Of a stretch of DNA of 64,000 bases, positions 1-8,387 are shown piece by piece (the first letter of the stretch is position 1; every line of letters begins with the position of its first letter). The DNA lies in the NCBI GenBank assembly GCA_021735655.1, contig JAIPGM010000007.1, forward strand, positions 1 to 64,000, read 5' to 3'. The translations under genes were made by a program, and so were the position numbers. Origin of the DNA: Candidatus Omnitrophota bacterium. Lineage in GTDB: Bacteria; Omnitrophota; Gorgyraeia; Duberdicusellales; 4484-171. Under the pieces are notes generated by a model. It did no database searches. It saw nothing but the letters and a program-made list of their open reading frames with translations, and was not told the origin of the DNA.

Positions 1-117
1 TCCTTTACGGGGTCAATTAAGCCCCAGAAAAACAATACAACCTATAACCTATCTACTCTGTGACTATCTATTTATTCTACTGATAATCCAGAGTTTTCAC
101 CAACTATCATTGAACAA

Positions 118-1110
118 TTATCGTATCATCTCCTTATTTTGTTTCTTTTTTAGAATTTGCTGTTCGATCCACGGATAAGTCTTTTTTAAACCCTCTTCTA
201 ATCTAGTTGAGGGAGCCCAACCCAGTATTTTTTTAATTAAGGTGTTGTCGGAATTACGCCCTCTAACACCTTGAGGTTTTGAAATGTCATATTCTTTCAT
301 AATCTTCTTACCAGAAATTCTAATAACCATATCAGTTAACTCATCAATGGTAACCAATTCATCAGAACCAACATTCAAAGGGTGTATATAATCTGATTCC
401 ATTAGTCGGCAAACACCTTCTAAACAATCATCAATATAGCAAAAAGACCGCGTTTGCTTACCATCGCCCCAAATATCAATGGTGCCCAAATTTTCAGCCA
501 TGATGATTTTTCGACACAAAGCAGCCGGTGCCTTCTCTCTGCCACCATCCCAAGTTCCATAAGGGCCAAATATATTGTGGAATCGTACAACCCGCGTATC
601 CAGTTTATAATCTTTACGATAAGCTTCGCAAAGTATCTCGGAAAATAACTTCTCCCAGCCATAAAATTGATCAGGTTGAGCCGGGTAGGCGTCTTCTTCC
701 TTTAAAGCGGTAACTTTTGAATCGAGTTGTTTGTATTCCGGATAAATACAAGCTGAAGAACTAAACATGAAGCGTTCAATCTTATTCTCTACAGAAGCCT
801 GAAGCATATTTATATTAATTAAACCACTATTATGCATAATATCAGCACCAACAGTCCCGATATAGCCAATACCACCCATGTCAGCCGCAAAATTAAAAAC
901 ATACTCAATATCCTTAGTGGCCTTAAGGCAACTATCGAGATCCCTTAGATCCAAAGTTAATTTTTCTGAATAATACCTATCGGGCATATAATCATCCCAC
1001 TTAATATCAACTACTCTTACAAAGACACCTTCTTCGTAGAGACGCTTAGCTAGATGAGATCCAATAAACCCCCCAGCTCCGGTTACTAAGACTTTTTTAT
1101 TTTGCACCAC
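118..1110 (-). CDS. GDP-mannose 3,5-epimerase-like NAD-dependent sugar epimerase (SDR family)
   Basis: 330 aa with N-terminal Rossmann motif VLVTGAGGFIGSH. Several blocks match my recollection of GDP-mannose 3,5-epimerase: FNFAADMGG, SSACIYPEYKQL, RFHNIFGPYGTWDGGREKAPAALCRK, GDGKQTRSF, GVRGRNSDN. The start overlaps the upstream regulator gene by 14 nt. Confidence 0.7.
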   Translation of the reverse strand: MVQNKKVLVTGAGGFIGSHLAKRLYEEGVFVRVVDIKWDDYMPDRYYSEKLTLDLRDLDSCLKATKDIEYVFNFAADMGGIGYIGTVGADIMHNSGLININMLQASVENKIERFMFSSSACIYPEYKQLDSKVTALKEEDAYPAQPDQFYGWEKLFSEILCEAYRKDYKLDTRVVRFHNIFGPYGTWDGGREKAPAALCRKIIMAENLGTIDIWGDGKQTRSFCYIDDCLEGVCRLMESDYIHPLNVGSDELVTIDELTDMVIRISGKKIMKEYDISKPQGVRGRNSDNTLIKKILGWAPSTRLEEGLKKTYPWIEQQILKKKQNKEMIR

Positions 1111-1519
1111 TTTTTTCTCCTTTTACTTGATAGAATAACTCATTTTTATTTTCTAAATTAACTTCTGTTTTTTCGCCATTGTTTTTTAGTTGGTCTTGAA
1201 GTTCAACCCACTCATTTCGGATATGGTTATATTCAATTTCTTTTTTCTTTAGAAAATGATACATAAGGTGCACTTTTTCCTCTAGGCCTTTTTTAGTGAG
1301 GATATACCTTACCTTTCCTAACTTTCCGGGATTTTTGGAAAAGTTCATCGCTTTTATCAGATTTTTTTTGATCAGGGATTTTAAAAGATAATTGGTTTTA
1401 CCCAAAGAAATATCTAAATAAGAAGATACATCTCTCTGAGTCAAATTATCTCCTGAGGATAGAAGACGAAGGACATTGAAAATGTCCTCTTTCAAGGTGT
1501 GTTTATCTATCTTTTCCAT
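1097..1519 (-). CDS. MarR-family winged-helix transcriptional regulator, EPS-associated subtype
   Basis: 140 aa. HTH segment LTQRDVSSYLDISLGKTNYLLKSLIKKNLIK followed by wing KVRYILTKKGLEEK. The SLGKxNY signature matches the EPS-associated MarR subfamily. Its own promoter-operator module lies immediately upstream. Confidence 0.6.
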   Translation of the reverse strand: MEKIDKHTLKEDIFNVLRLLSSGDNLTQRDVSSYLDISLGKTNYLLKSLIKKNLIKAMNFSKNPGKLGKVRYILTKKGLEEKVHLMYHFLKKKEIEYNHIRNEWVELQDQLKNNGEKTEVNLENKNELFYQVKGEKSGAK

Positions 1520-1578
1520 TAATTATATAACCCGTTAAGAAAACTGAATAAGTATAAGTAAAACAGGACTTATTCTAT

Positions 1579-1623
1579 GTTCATCAATTGAACATATTAT
1601 AAACCTTGGCCTATATATGTCAA
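1579..1623 (-). promoter_or_regulatory. sigma70-like promoter (TTGACA-N16-TATAAT) with overlapping palindromic operator GTTCA-N5-TGAAC (copy 1)
   Basis: Minus-strand reading: GTTGACATATATAGGCCAAGGTTTATAATATGTTCAATTGATGAAC. The -35 is at 1623..1618, the -10 at 1601..1596 and the palindrome at 1593..1579. It is near-identical to a second copy at 5946..5991. Confidence 0.6.
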
Positions 1624-1743
1624 CAGCTTTTATGGGAATTGAATGACTAAAGATATCTGGGGCTTAGATGCATAAACCCTTGTCAATAAACTAGTTAGAT
1701 ATTTAAATTTAAATTAGCAAAATTACACTTGTCTATTTAAGGC

Positions 1744-3321
1744 TTAATTAGTCGTGTTGCTCTTAGCTTTTTTTCGATAAAGATAGCCTAAAGGACCACG
1801 GTCATGAAAGCGACTTTTAAAATGAAGGGCTGAAATAATCTTCGGTATTATTGTTTTTTCCAAATCAGAATTAAACTCATAAACTAACCGTGAAATCTTA
1901 GACAAAGCATATATCATCGTTCTTTTGATTCGCCCCGGAGAGGTAGATAGTAAATTACGCTTTCCAATTAGAAAAGCCATAGTACCTACTTTTTTCTTGT
2001 ACGCTCTAGTATAAGGGAAAAAAACTTCTTCCCAAATTAAGGTATCATCATAAAGCATACGTTGATAAAAAGTGCTATGTTTATAAGGATTATCGGCGTT
2101 CTGATGAATCTGTAAACCGTAGTTTTGATAGTCTTCTTTTAGCCACCAATCTTTAAAACCATATTGCTCTTTATAGGTCTCATAAATTATAGTGCCAGGA
2201 TAAGGTACGATAGCACCGGAAACCTGATAAATATGAACTTGATCAAAATGCCTTTTAATATATTTAATATTATTAACAACTGCCAATTCATCTTCCCAAG
2301 GAAAGCCAGTCATCAGATTGACATAAATACGAAATCCTAATTCAGCTGAACAATCAACTGCCTTATGGGCTTGCCCCAAAGTAATACCTTTACGAATTCT
2401 TTTTAAAGTTTCAGAATCTCCACTTTCAATCCCATAGCTAACCATATAACAACCAGCTTCCTTCATCGTTGATAACATTTCAGAATCAACGATATTGGCT
2501 CGAGTTGAACAACACCAAGCTATATCCAACTTGTTATCCTTTAAGGACTGGCAGAAATCTCGGACATATTTTTTATTAAAAGTAAAGGTATCATCAGCAA
2601 TAACAAAAGACTTAATATTATGAGCGTCTTTTCGATGTTTAATCTCTCTAATTACCTCATCGACCGGATGATACCTAATTTTTTGACCAAAGATAGCCCG
2701 ATCACAAAAAGTACAGCCGGCCGGACAACCCCTTGAACAATAAATACGATGAAAACCTTTTAGCAATCCCATGGAAGTACGAAAACGCTCTTGATCAAAA
2801 CAACTAAAATCCAATTTTGGTAAGTCGTTGAGATTAGCTATATACTCGCGTGAAGGATTATGCACTACACATCCTTTAGGATCTTTAAAACTAATTCCTT
2901 TTATTGATTCTAAAGATAGGCCTCTAGCCCCGCTCCAAAAATCACATAATTCTGAAAGGGTTATCTCGCCTTCGTTACGGACTACAATATCTACTCCATT
3001 ATCGAGTGCCTCATCAGGGCATGAAGTAGCATGCGGACCACCAGCAATTACAGTTAACCCTGGTTTCTTAATTCGTTTAATAGTTTTATAAACATCTGGG
3101 ACGCGATAAGTAGAAAGGTGAAAACCGACAAAGGTTGGTTGATAAACCTCAGTTGCCTCTGCCAAATCGTCCCATCCCAAAAAATTATTAAAAGAATTAA
3201 CAATAGCTTTGACCTCATAACCTTTTTCTTTCAGAACTGATGATAGGTAGGCAAAACCAGTTGGCATTTCCGAAATCGGATTGGGAAAAATTAAAATGAA
3301 CTTCTTAGCTTTAGTTAACAT
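1744..3321 (-). CDS. B12-binding domain radical SAM protein (class B radical SAM, methyltransferase-like)
   Basis: 525 aa. The N-terminal cobalamin-binding fold is glycine-rich (TVIAGGPHATSCPDEAL). The radical SAM cluster motif CPAGCTFC (CxxxCxxC) lies in RIYCSRGCPAGCTFCDRA. Confidence 0.75.
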   Translation of the reverse strand: MLTKAKKFILIFPNPISEMPTGFAYLSSVLKEKGYEVKAIVNSFNNFLGWDDLAEATEVYQPTFVGFHLSTYRVPDVYKTIKRIKKPGLTVIAGGPHATSCPDEALDNGVDIVVRNEGEITLSELCDFWSGARGLSLESIKGISFKDPKGCVVHNPSREYIANLNDLPKLDFSCFDQERFRTSMGLLKGFHRIYCSRGCPAGCTFCDRAIFGQKIRYHPVDEVIREIKHRKDAHNIKSFVIADDTFTFNKKYVRDFCQSLKDNKLDIAWCCSTRANIVDSEMLSTMKEAGCYMVSYGIESGDSETLKRIRKGITLGQAHKAVDCSAELGFRIYVNLMTGFPWEDELAVVNNIKYIKRHFDQVHIYQVSGAIVPYPGTIIYETYKEQYGFKDWWLKEDYQNYGLQIHQNADNPYKHSTFYQRMLYDDTLIWEEVFFPYTRAYKKKVGTMAFLIGKRNLLSTSPGRIKRTMIYALSKISRLVYEFNSDLEKTIIPKIISALHFKSRFHDRGPLGYLYRKKAKSNTTN

Positions 3322-3357
3322 ATATCTTTTCTCTCATTTAAAAGTTTATATTTTAAA

Positions 3358-3386
3358 ATCATAACAGGGCTGGTTCCAAAAGTCAA
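3358..3386 (-). promoter_or_regulatory. putative sigma70 promoter for the radical SAM gene (TTGACT-N17-TATGAT)
   Basis: Minus-strand reading: TTGACTTTTGGAACCAGCCCTGTTATGAT, about 40 nt upstream of the ATG at 3321. It carries no GTTCA-N5-TGAAC operator. Confidence 0.3.
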
Positions 3387-3518
3387 TTAGCTTTCTTAAG
3401 CGAAAGACTCACCCTCATCATTAATAAGTTTAAATATTTTTTGCCCTTAACTAAAATTGACCCTCATCTCAAAGTAGGATGCTTTTTACTTAATTGAGGC
3501 TGAAAAAATTATCCATAG

Positions 3519-3677
3519 GTTAAAACAAGGTATAAATAAAGGGCGTCACGGCTGAACTTTCAGTAAAAACAACTAAAACCCCTAATAATAGTAAGATAAT
3601 AACTATTGGCAGAAGCCACCACTTCTTACGAAGTCTTATAAAACTCCAAAACTCCTTTAAAATTGTCAACTTACTCA
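3519..3677 (-). CDS. SxtK-like / DUF5989-family small membrane protein (52 aa); not in ORF track
   Basis: Translation: MSKLTILKEFWSFIRLRKKWWLLPIVIILLLLGVLVVFTESSAVTPFIYTLF. The RBS AAGGAG lies 7 nt upstream of the ATG. The RKKWWLLPI and PFIYTLF signatures match the family that recurrently follows SxtJ and carbamoyltransferase genes. Confidence 0.65.
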
Positions 3678-3689
3678 TGTTTGTCTCCT

Positions 3690-4103
3690 TTAAAACTGAT
3701 TCTCATAGTATTTTTTATCTAAATCAGCCTCAGGCTTAAGAATCCAATAGCTATCTCTTTTTTGGTTAAATTCTGAATCCAAAAACTTTTTACCGAATAA
3801 TCGAGAAAAAACCGCAATCGGAGTAACCACCAAATAAAATAAAATAGATAAAATTAATCCGGTCAAAGCCCAACTGACAATAATGAATAGAGCTCTTAAA
3901 ATCTTATGTAATGGTTTCAAAGCTAAAGGAAAAATAAACGAGAATCCAAAAAGAAAAAACGAAACTACAAAAAACTGAGGGTAAAAAATTCCTTTGCGCC
4001 ATAAAAATAATAAACCCCACAAAATAAAAACTACGCTTAAAGTTAAGCCAAACCTAGCGAGTTCCCTTTTGTCGCTTTTTATGCCTTTTATTTCTTCAAT
4101 CAT
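3690..4103 (-). CDS. SxtJ-like small membrane protein
   Basis: 137 aa with several TM helices. The pattern RFGLTLSVVFILWGL...YLVVTPIAVFSRLFGKKFLD resembles SxtJ-family proteins. It sits 3 nt downstream of the carbamoyltransferase and upstream of the SxtK-like ORF, the same order as sxtI-J-K. Confidence 0.6.
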   Translation of the reverse strand: MIEEIKGIKSDKRELARFGLTLSVVFILWGLLFLWRKGIFYPQFFVVSFFLFGFSFIFPLALKPLHKILRALFIIVSWALTGLILSILFYLVVTPIAVFSRLFGKKFLDSEFNQKRDSYWILKPEADLDKKYYENQF

Positions 4104-4105
4104 AA

Positions 4106-5923
4106 TTAGTCCAACCCAAACTCTCTAAGCCAAGTAATATCTTTATCTAAAGGCTTTTGTTCTTTTTTCTCCAACAAATAGTTTCCGACAATAAGATAGT
4201 CCATATTAGTACACATAAAACACAAATAGGCATCTTCGGGGGTGCAAACTATCGGCTCACCACGCACATTAAAGGAAGTATTAATGATAACTGGACAACC
4301 ATACTTTTGATCCATTTTCCTTAATAACCGGTAATACAAAGGATTATCCTCCTCTTCCACGGTCTGAACCCTTGCTGAATAATCCACATGAGTAACTGCC
4401 GGAATTTCTGAACGCTCAATTTGCAATTGATCCAAACCAGAAAGACTCTCTTGCTCTTTAGTTATTGATTTTCGAACTCTCTGGCTAACCGGAGCAACCA
4501 AAAGCATATAGGGACTTTCGACTTCCAGCTCAAAGTAATCAGAAGCCTTCTCTTTAGTTACTGAAGGCGCAAAAGACCTAAAAGGCTCCCGAAACTTTAT
4601 TTTAAGGTTTATTATCTCCTGCATCTTGGCTGAACGAGCATCGCCAAGAATAGAGCGGTTGCCCAAAGCCCGGGGTCCAAACTCCATTCTCCCTTGAAAC
4701 CAACCGATTACTTTACCAGCGGCAATTAAATCAGCTACTTTTTCGGGAATTTCATCATCATTCAAAAAAGTGTAAGGGACATTATTGCTCTTTAAATACT
4801 CTTCAATACAATCCCTATCAAAGCTAGGCCCCAAATAAGAACCTTGCTGAAAGTCTTTTTTCCGATCAACTTCTCTTTTATTTCCTAGACATTGATACCA
4901 GGCAAACAAGGCTGCCCCCAAGGCGCCTCCGGCGTCTCCGGCAGCCGGCTGGATCCAAATATTTTTAAAGTTGCTTTCGCGTAAAATTCGACCGTTAGCA
5001 ACACAATTTAAAGCTACACCTCCGGCTAAACAAAGATTTTCCTGATTAGTCTGTTGATATAGATGATTGACCATGCGTAACATTACCTCTTCAGTTACCG
5101 CCTGAATAGATGCTGCTAAATCCATATGTTCTTGACTAAATTTAGACTCTGGTTTACGAGGCTCTTGGCCAAATAACCTATGAAAACGGCGGTTAGTCAT
5201 AGTCAAACCAAAGCAATAGTTAAAATAGTTCATATTTAATTTAAAGGAACCATCTTCCTTTAAATCGATCAATTCACGAAATATCAACTCCTTATATTTA
5301 GGCTCACCATAGGGAGCTAAGCCCATAAGTTTATACTCTCCGGAATTAACTTTAAACCCAAGATAGTAAGTAAAAGCTGAATAAAGTAATCCTAAAGAAT
5401 GCGGGAAATGAATTTCAGCTAAAATCTTTATCTGGTTATCTTTACCAACTCCATAACTAGCCGTAGCCCACTCACCTACCCCATCAATGGTTAAAAAAGC
5501 AGCTTTCGAAAAAGGTGAAGCGAAAAATGCCGAAGCAGCATGTGACTGATGATGTTCAGTAAAAATAATTTTTCCTTTATATTTAAGTTGACTACCGATA
5601 AAGTCCTTTATCCAAAGCTTTTGTTTTATCCATAAAGGCATTGCTTTTAAAAAAGAGCTAATCCCTCTCGGAGCATAGGCTAAGTAGGTTTCTAAAATAC
5701 GCTCAAATTTAATAAAAGGTTTATCGTAGAAAGCAACTAAATCTAATTCCTTAGAAGTAAGCCCACTATTCTCTAGGCAGTAATTAATGGCATTTTTAGG
5801 AAAGGAAGAATCATGTTTTTTGCGGCTGAATCTTTCTTCTTGGACAGCTGAAACTATTTGCCCGTCTTGGATGAGACAGGCGGCACTATCATGATAAAAG
5901 GCAGAAATTCCTAGAATATTCAT
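4106..5923 (-). CDS. NodU/CmcH-family carbamoyltransferase
   Basis: 605 aa. The N-terminal ILGISAFYHDSAACLIQDGQIVSAVQEERFSRKKHD is typical of the NodU/CmcH/SxtI family, and the protein has a C-terminal carbamoyltransferase domain. Confidence 0.85.
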   Translation of the reverse strand: MNILGISAFYHDSAACLIQDGQIVSAVQEERFSRKKHDSSFPKNAINYCLENSGLTSKELDLVAFYDKPFIKFERILETYLAYAPRGISSFLKAMPLWIKQKLWIKDFIGSQLKYKGKIIFTEHHQSHAASAFFASPFSKAAFLTIDGVGEWATASYGVGKDNQIKILAEIHFPHSLGLLYSAFTYYLGFKVNSGEYKLMGLAPYGEPKYKELIFRELIDLKEDGSFKLNMNYFNYCFGLTMTNRRFHRLFGQEPRKPESKFSQEHMDLAASIQAVTEEVMLRMVNHLYQQTNQENLCLAGGVALNCVANGRILRESNFKNIWIQPAAGDAGGALGAALFAWYQCLGNKREVDRKKDFQQGSYLGPSFDRDCIEEYLKSNNVPYTFLNDDEIPEKVADLIAAGKVIGWFQGRMEFGPRALGNRSILGDARSAKMQEIINLKIKFREPFRSFAPSVTKEKASDYFELEVESPYMLLVAPVSQRVRKSITKEQESLSGLDQLQIERSEIPAVTHVDYSARVQTVEEEDNPLYYRLLRKMDQKYGCPVIINTSFNVRGEPIVCTPEDAYLCFMCTNMDYLIVGNYLLEKKEQKPLDKDITWLREFGLD

Positions 5924-5945
5924 AAATAATTCATCTAGCGACTCT

Positions 5946-5991
5946 GTTCAATTGATGAACAATATTATAGATTCTTACCTATATATGTCAA
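5946..5991 (-). promoter_or_regulatory. sigma70-like promoter (TTGACA-N16-TATAAT) with overlapping palindromic operator GTTCA-N5-TGAAC (copy 2)
   Basis: Minus-strand reading: GGTTGACATATATAGGTAAGAATCTATAATATTGTTCATCAATTGAAC. The -35 is at 5991..5986, the -10 at 5969..5964 and the palindrome at 5960..5946. The carbamoyltransferase ATG is about 25 nt downstream. Confidence 0.6.
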
Positions 5992-6014
5992 CCCTTTTAA
6001 TAGCAGTTATAGAA

Positions 6015-6905
6015 TCAAAAACGAAGGGTTATTCCTGAGCCGAAATAGAGGTCTTGATGAGTTTTCTTGATTTGAATAAAATACTCTAACTCGTTTTCAG
6101 TAAACAGCTTATGATTAAAAGTAAGGGCTAAGCCCAATGATTTATCCTGAACGTCACGGAGACTAAAAACTAAATCCTTATTTTTAGCTATTTTAACCTT
6201 TGCTCCAAGATAGACTTTTTTTAACTGACCAGACCCATAGTCAACAATGAAGCTTAAACCCAATTTACGGCTAAAGTTCCAGCGGCCGTATAGACTAATA
6301 ATCTTTTCCCTTTTTAAATCACCCACCCCAATCCCTAAACGGTATTTTATGGCTCCCTTTTTAGGATAAATGTTAGGCGATTCAACCTGAACTTTAAAAT
6401 TAAAAACACTCCCTCGGCCTCCCGATAAAATATACTTAAGTCTATTACGTTCGTTAATCTGCCAAAATCCATCAAAAACAATAGACTCTTTTACCCTCTT
6501 TTTTGTCTTAAGTTTTGCCTTCTCATAAGAGTAAACTATTTTCTGCTGCTTGTTTAACTGCCAAATACCACCGAAAGTAAGCGTCTCGGGATTTCGCTTT
6601 CTTTTAACTTCAAAGCTAAGACGATTAAATTTATCAGCCCGCCACAAGCCCTTCAACTTCAAAAAAGAAACTATCTGCTTATTCTTCTCTGACTTGGTTT
6701 TAACTTCAAAGGTTATAAAATCAGCTCCGGCCTCAGTAATCTTTCCCTTTAGAGTTAGCTTATTATCTATGGAACTCTTATCTTCCTCGGCCTTAAAAAC
6801 TAATTCATGGTTTGAAGTTAGCTTCCAACGACCATCAAAAGCAGAATTTCCAATAAACAAAAGATTATCCTTATCTAAAGAAAGTTTTGATTTAGTTTTA
6901 CTCAT
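6015..6905 (-). CDS. hypothetical protein with five Trp-containing beta-type repeats
   Basis: 296 aa, lysine-rich, no obvious signal peptide. The motif G-x-W-x-[LI]-x4-[KR]-[LI]-x-[FY] recurs five times: DGRWKLTSNHELVF, KGLWRADKFNRLSF, GGIWQLNKQQKIVY, DGFWQINERNRLKY, YGRWNFSRKLGLSF. Confidence 0.4.
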   Translation of the reverse strand: MSKTKSKLSLDKDNLLFIGNSAFDGRWKLTSNHELVFKAEEDKSSIDNKLTLKGKITEAGADFITFEVKTKSEKNKQIVSFLKLKGLWRADKFNRLSFEVKRKRNPETLTFGGIWQLNKQQKIVYSYEKAKLKTKKRVKESIVFDGFWQINERNRLKYILSGGRGSVFNFKVQVESPNIYPKKGAIKYRLGIGVGDLKREKIISLYGRWNFSRKLGLSFIVDYGSGQLKKVYLGAKVKIAKNKDLVFSLRDVQDKSLGLALTFNHKLFTENELEYFIQIKKTHQDLYFGSGITLRF

Positions 6906-6961
6906 CTTAGCTAACTAAAATACCTTAATCTAACTAAATTTGGTTTGATTTAATTAATTGA

Positions 6962-7768
6962 CTATAACTTACTATTTTCCAATAGGTTATGTAAAAGGGT
7001 CCTATTGGAGGCGCAGATAAATCCGGGGTTTTTCAAGCTTTCCTTGTTGTAACTAAAAGGAGTCCCGTCTAGGTTAGCAACAACTGCTCCTGAAGCCTCA
7101 GCTATCGCTTGTCCAGCAGCCGTATCCCACTCCATAGTTGGACCACTACGCAAATATAAATCAGCTTGGCCTTCGGCAACTCGGCAAAATTTTAGTGAAC
7201 TTCCAGCATGAATAACAACAGGATTAGTAAATGAAGAAATCATTCTATCCTCTTCCTTGCTACTATGCGAACGGCTTCTAACCACGGTTATTTTATCAAG
7301 CAAAGGTTTCCTGGTTCTGATTGGTTTAGATTTACCGCCCTTATCTTGCCTAAAAGCTCCTTTGGATTTTAAGCCAAAATATAGTTGATCATAAGCCGGT
7401 AGAACAACTACCCCAAAAACAGGAATGGTTTTTTCAATTAAAGCAATATTAACCGTAAACTCGCCGTTTTTTTGGATAAACTCTTTAGTCCCGTCCAAAG
7501 GATCAACCAACCAAAAACTATCCCAACCGCTTCTTTGAGAAAAAGGTATTTCTTTAGCCTCTTCTGAAATAATCGGAATCTCAGGAAAAGCTTCTTTTAA
7601 ACCAGCGGCGATTACTTCTTGAGCTAGTCGGTCAGCTAAAGTTAAAGGGCTATTATCTTTTTTTAAATTAACTTCGAAATCTGAAGATTTGTATACTTCT
7701 ACTACTCTTTGTGAGGCAAGTGAGGCTATCTCGAGGATTTTTTCAATCTGAGAATCAGAAAAGTTCAT
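6962..7768 (-). CDS. cysQ: 3'(2'),5'-bisphosphate nucleotidase (inositol monophosphatase family)
   Basis: 268 aa with IMPase motifs WLVDPLDGTKEF and WDTAAG. It is adjacent to cysC and sat. Confidence 0.75.
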   Translation of the reverse strand: MNFSDSQIEKILEIASLASQRVVEVYKSSDFEVNLKKDNSPLTLADRLAQEVIAAGLKEAFPEIPIISEEAKEIPFSQRSGWDSFWLVDPLDGTKEFIQKNGEFTVNIALIEKTIPVFGVVVLPAYDQLYFGLKSKGAFRQDKGGKSKPIRTRKPLLDKITVVRSRSHSSKEEDRMISSFTNPVVIHAGSSLKFCRVAEGQADLYLRSGPTMEWDTAAGQAIAEASGAVVANLDGTPFSYNKESLKNPGFICASNRTLLHNLLENSKL

Positions 7769-7772
7769 GCTT

Positions 7773-8384
7773 TTAGATATAACCTTTTTGAGATAAATAA
7801 TTTAAAATGCTCTTTGCTGCTTCTTCCTTGGTTAGCTTACCAGTATCAATAACTATTTCAGCCTGCTCTGGTTCTTCATAGGGAGCAGAAACCCCGGTAA
7901 ACTGCTTAATTTCACCACTGCGAGCCTTTTTATAAAGCCCCTTAGGGTCTCTTTGTTCGCAAATTGCAAGATCAGCCTTAACAAAAACTTCAATAAAATC
8001 ACCTTGCTTCATAAGGCTCCGGGCCTTATCTCTGTCTTTTCTGTAAGGAGAAATAAAAGCAGTTATAGCTAAAGTTCCGGCTTCAGAAAATAATTTTGCC
8101 ACCTCACTAATTCTTCGAATATTTTCTTGGCGATCTTCCGGAGAAAAACCCAAGTTACTATTTAAGCCGTGGCGAACATTGTCACCATCTAGAAGATAAA
8201 CCTGGTGTTCCTTCTCAAAAAGCATTGCCTGAAGCTCAACAGCAACTGTAGATTTACCGCTTGAAGGTAAACCCGTAAACCAAATAACTGCCCCCTTGTG
8301 CTTATTGCGCTTTTCTCTGTCCTGTTTAGATATCCCTGATTCATGCCATGTAATATTTGTGCTCTTTCTTTGTTCTTGATTCAT
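7773..8384 (-). CDS. cysC: adenylyl-sulfate kinase
   Basis: 203 aa. Canonical P-loop [26 protein letters not shown] and FISPY motifs are all present. Confidence 0.85.
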   Translation of the reverse strand: MNQEQRKSTNITWHESGISKQDREKRNKHKGAVIWFTGLPSSGKSTVAVELQAMLFEKEHQVYLLDGDNVRHGLNSNLGFSPEDRQENIRRISEVAKLFSEAGTLAITAFISPYRKDRDKARSLMKQGDFIEVFVKADLAICEQRDPKGLYKKARSGEIKQFTGVSAPYEEPEQAEIVIDTGKLTKEEAAKSILNYLSQKGYI

Positions 8385-8387
8385 TTT

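Noticed and set aside
1-117. GGGG-N9-CCCC hairpin candidate downstream of the epimerase gene
   Set aside because: It is only 4 bp long, and on the coding strand the T-run precedes rather than follows it. It is not a convincing terminator.
420-713. Track ORFs 420..662(-), 454..648(+), 528..713(+) inside the epimerase gene
   Set aside because: They are nested out-of-frame or antisense within a well-supported SDR epimerase CDS. They have low-complexity translations and no RBS.
2828-3091. Plus-strand 87-aa ORF inside the radical SAM gene
   Set aside because: It is antisense to a confidently identified CDS with no independent support.
6550-6918. Plus-strand 122-aa ORF
   Set aside because: It is antisense to the minus-strand repeat protein. 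It has Ser/Leu-rich composition typical of antisense frames in AT-rich DNA.
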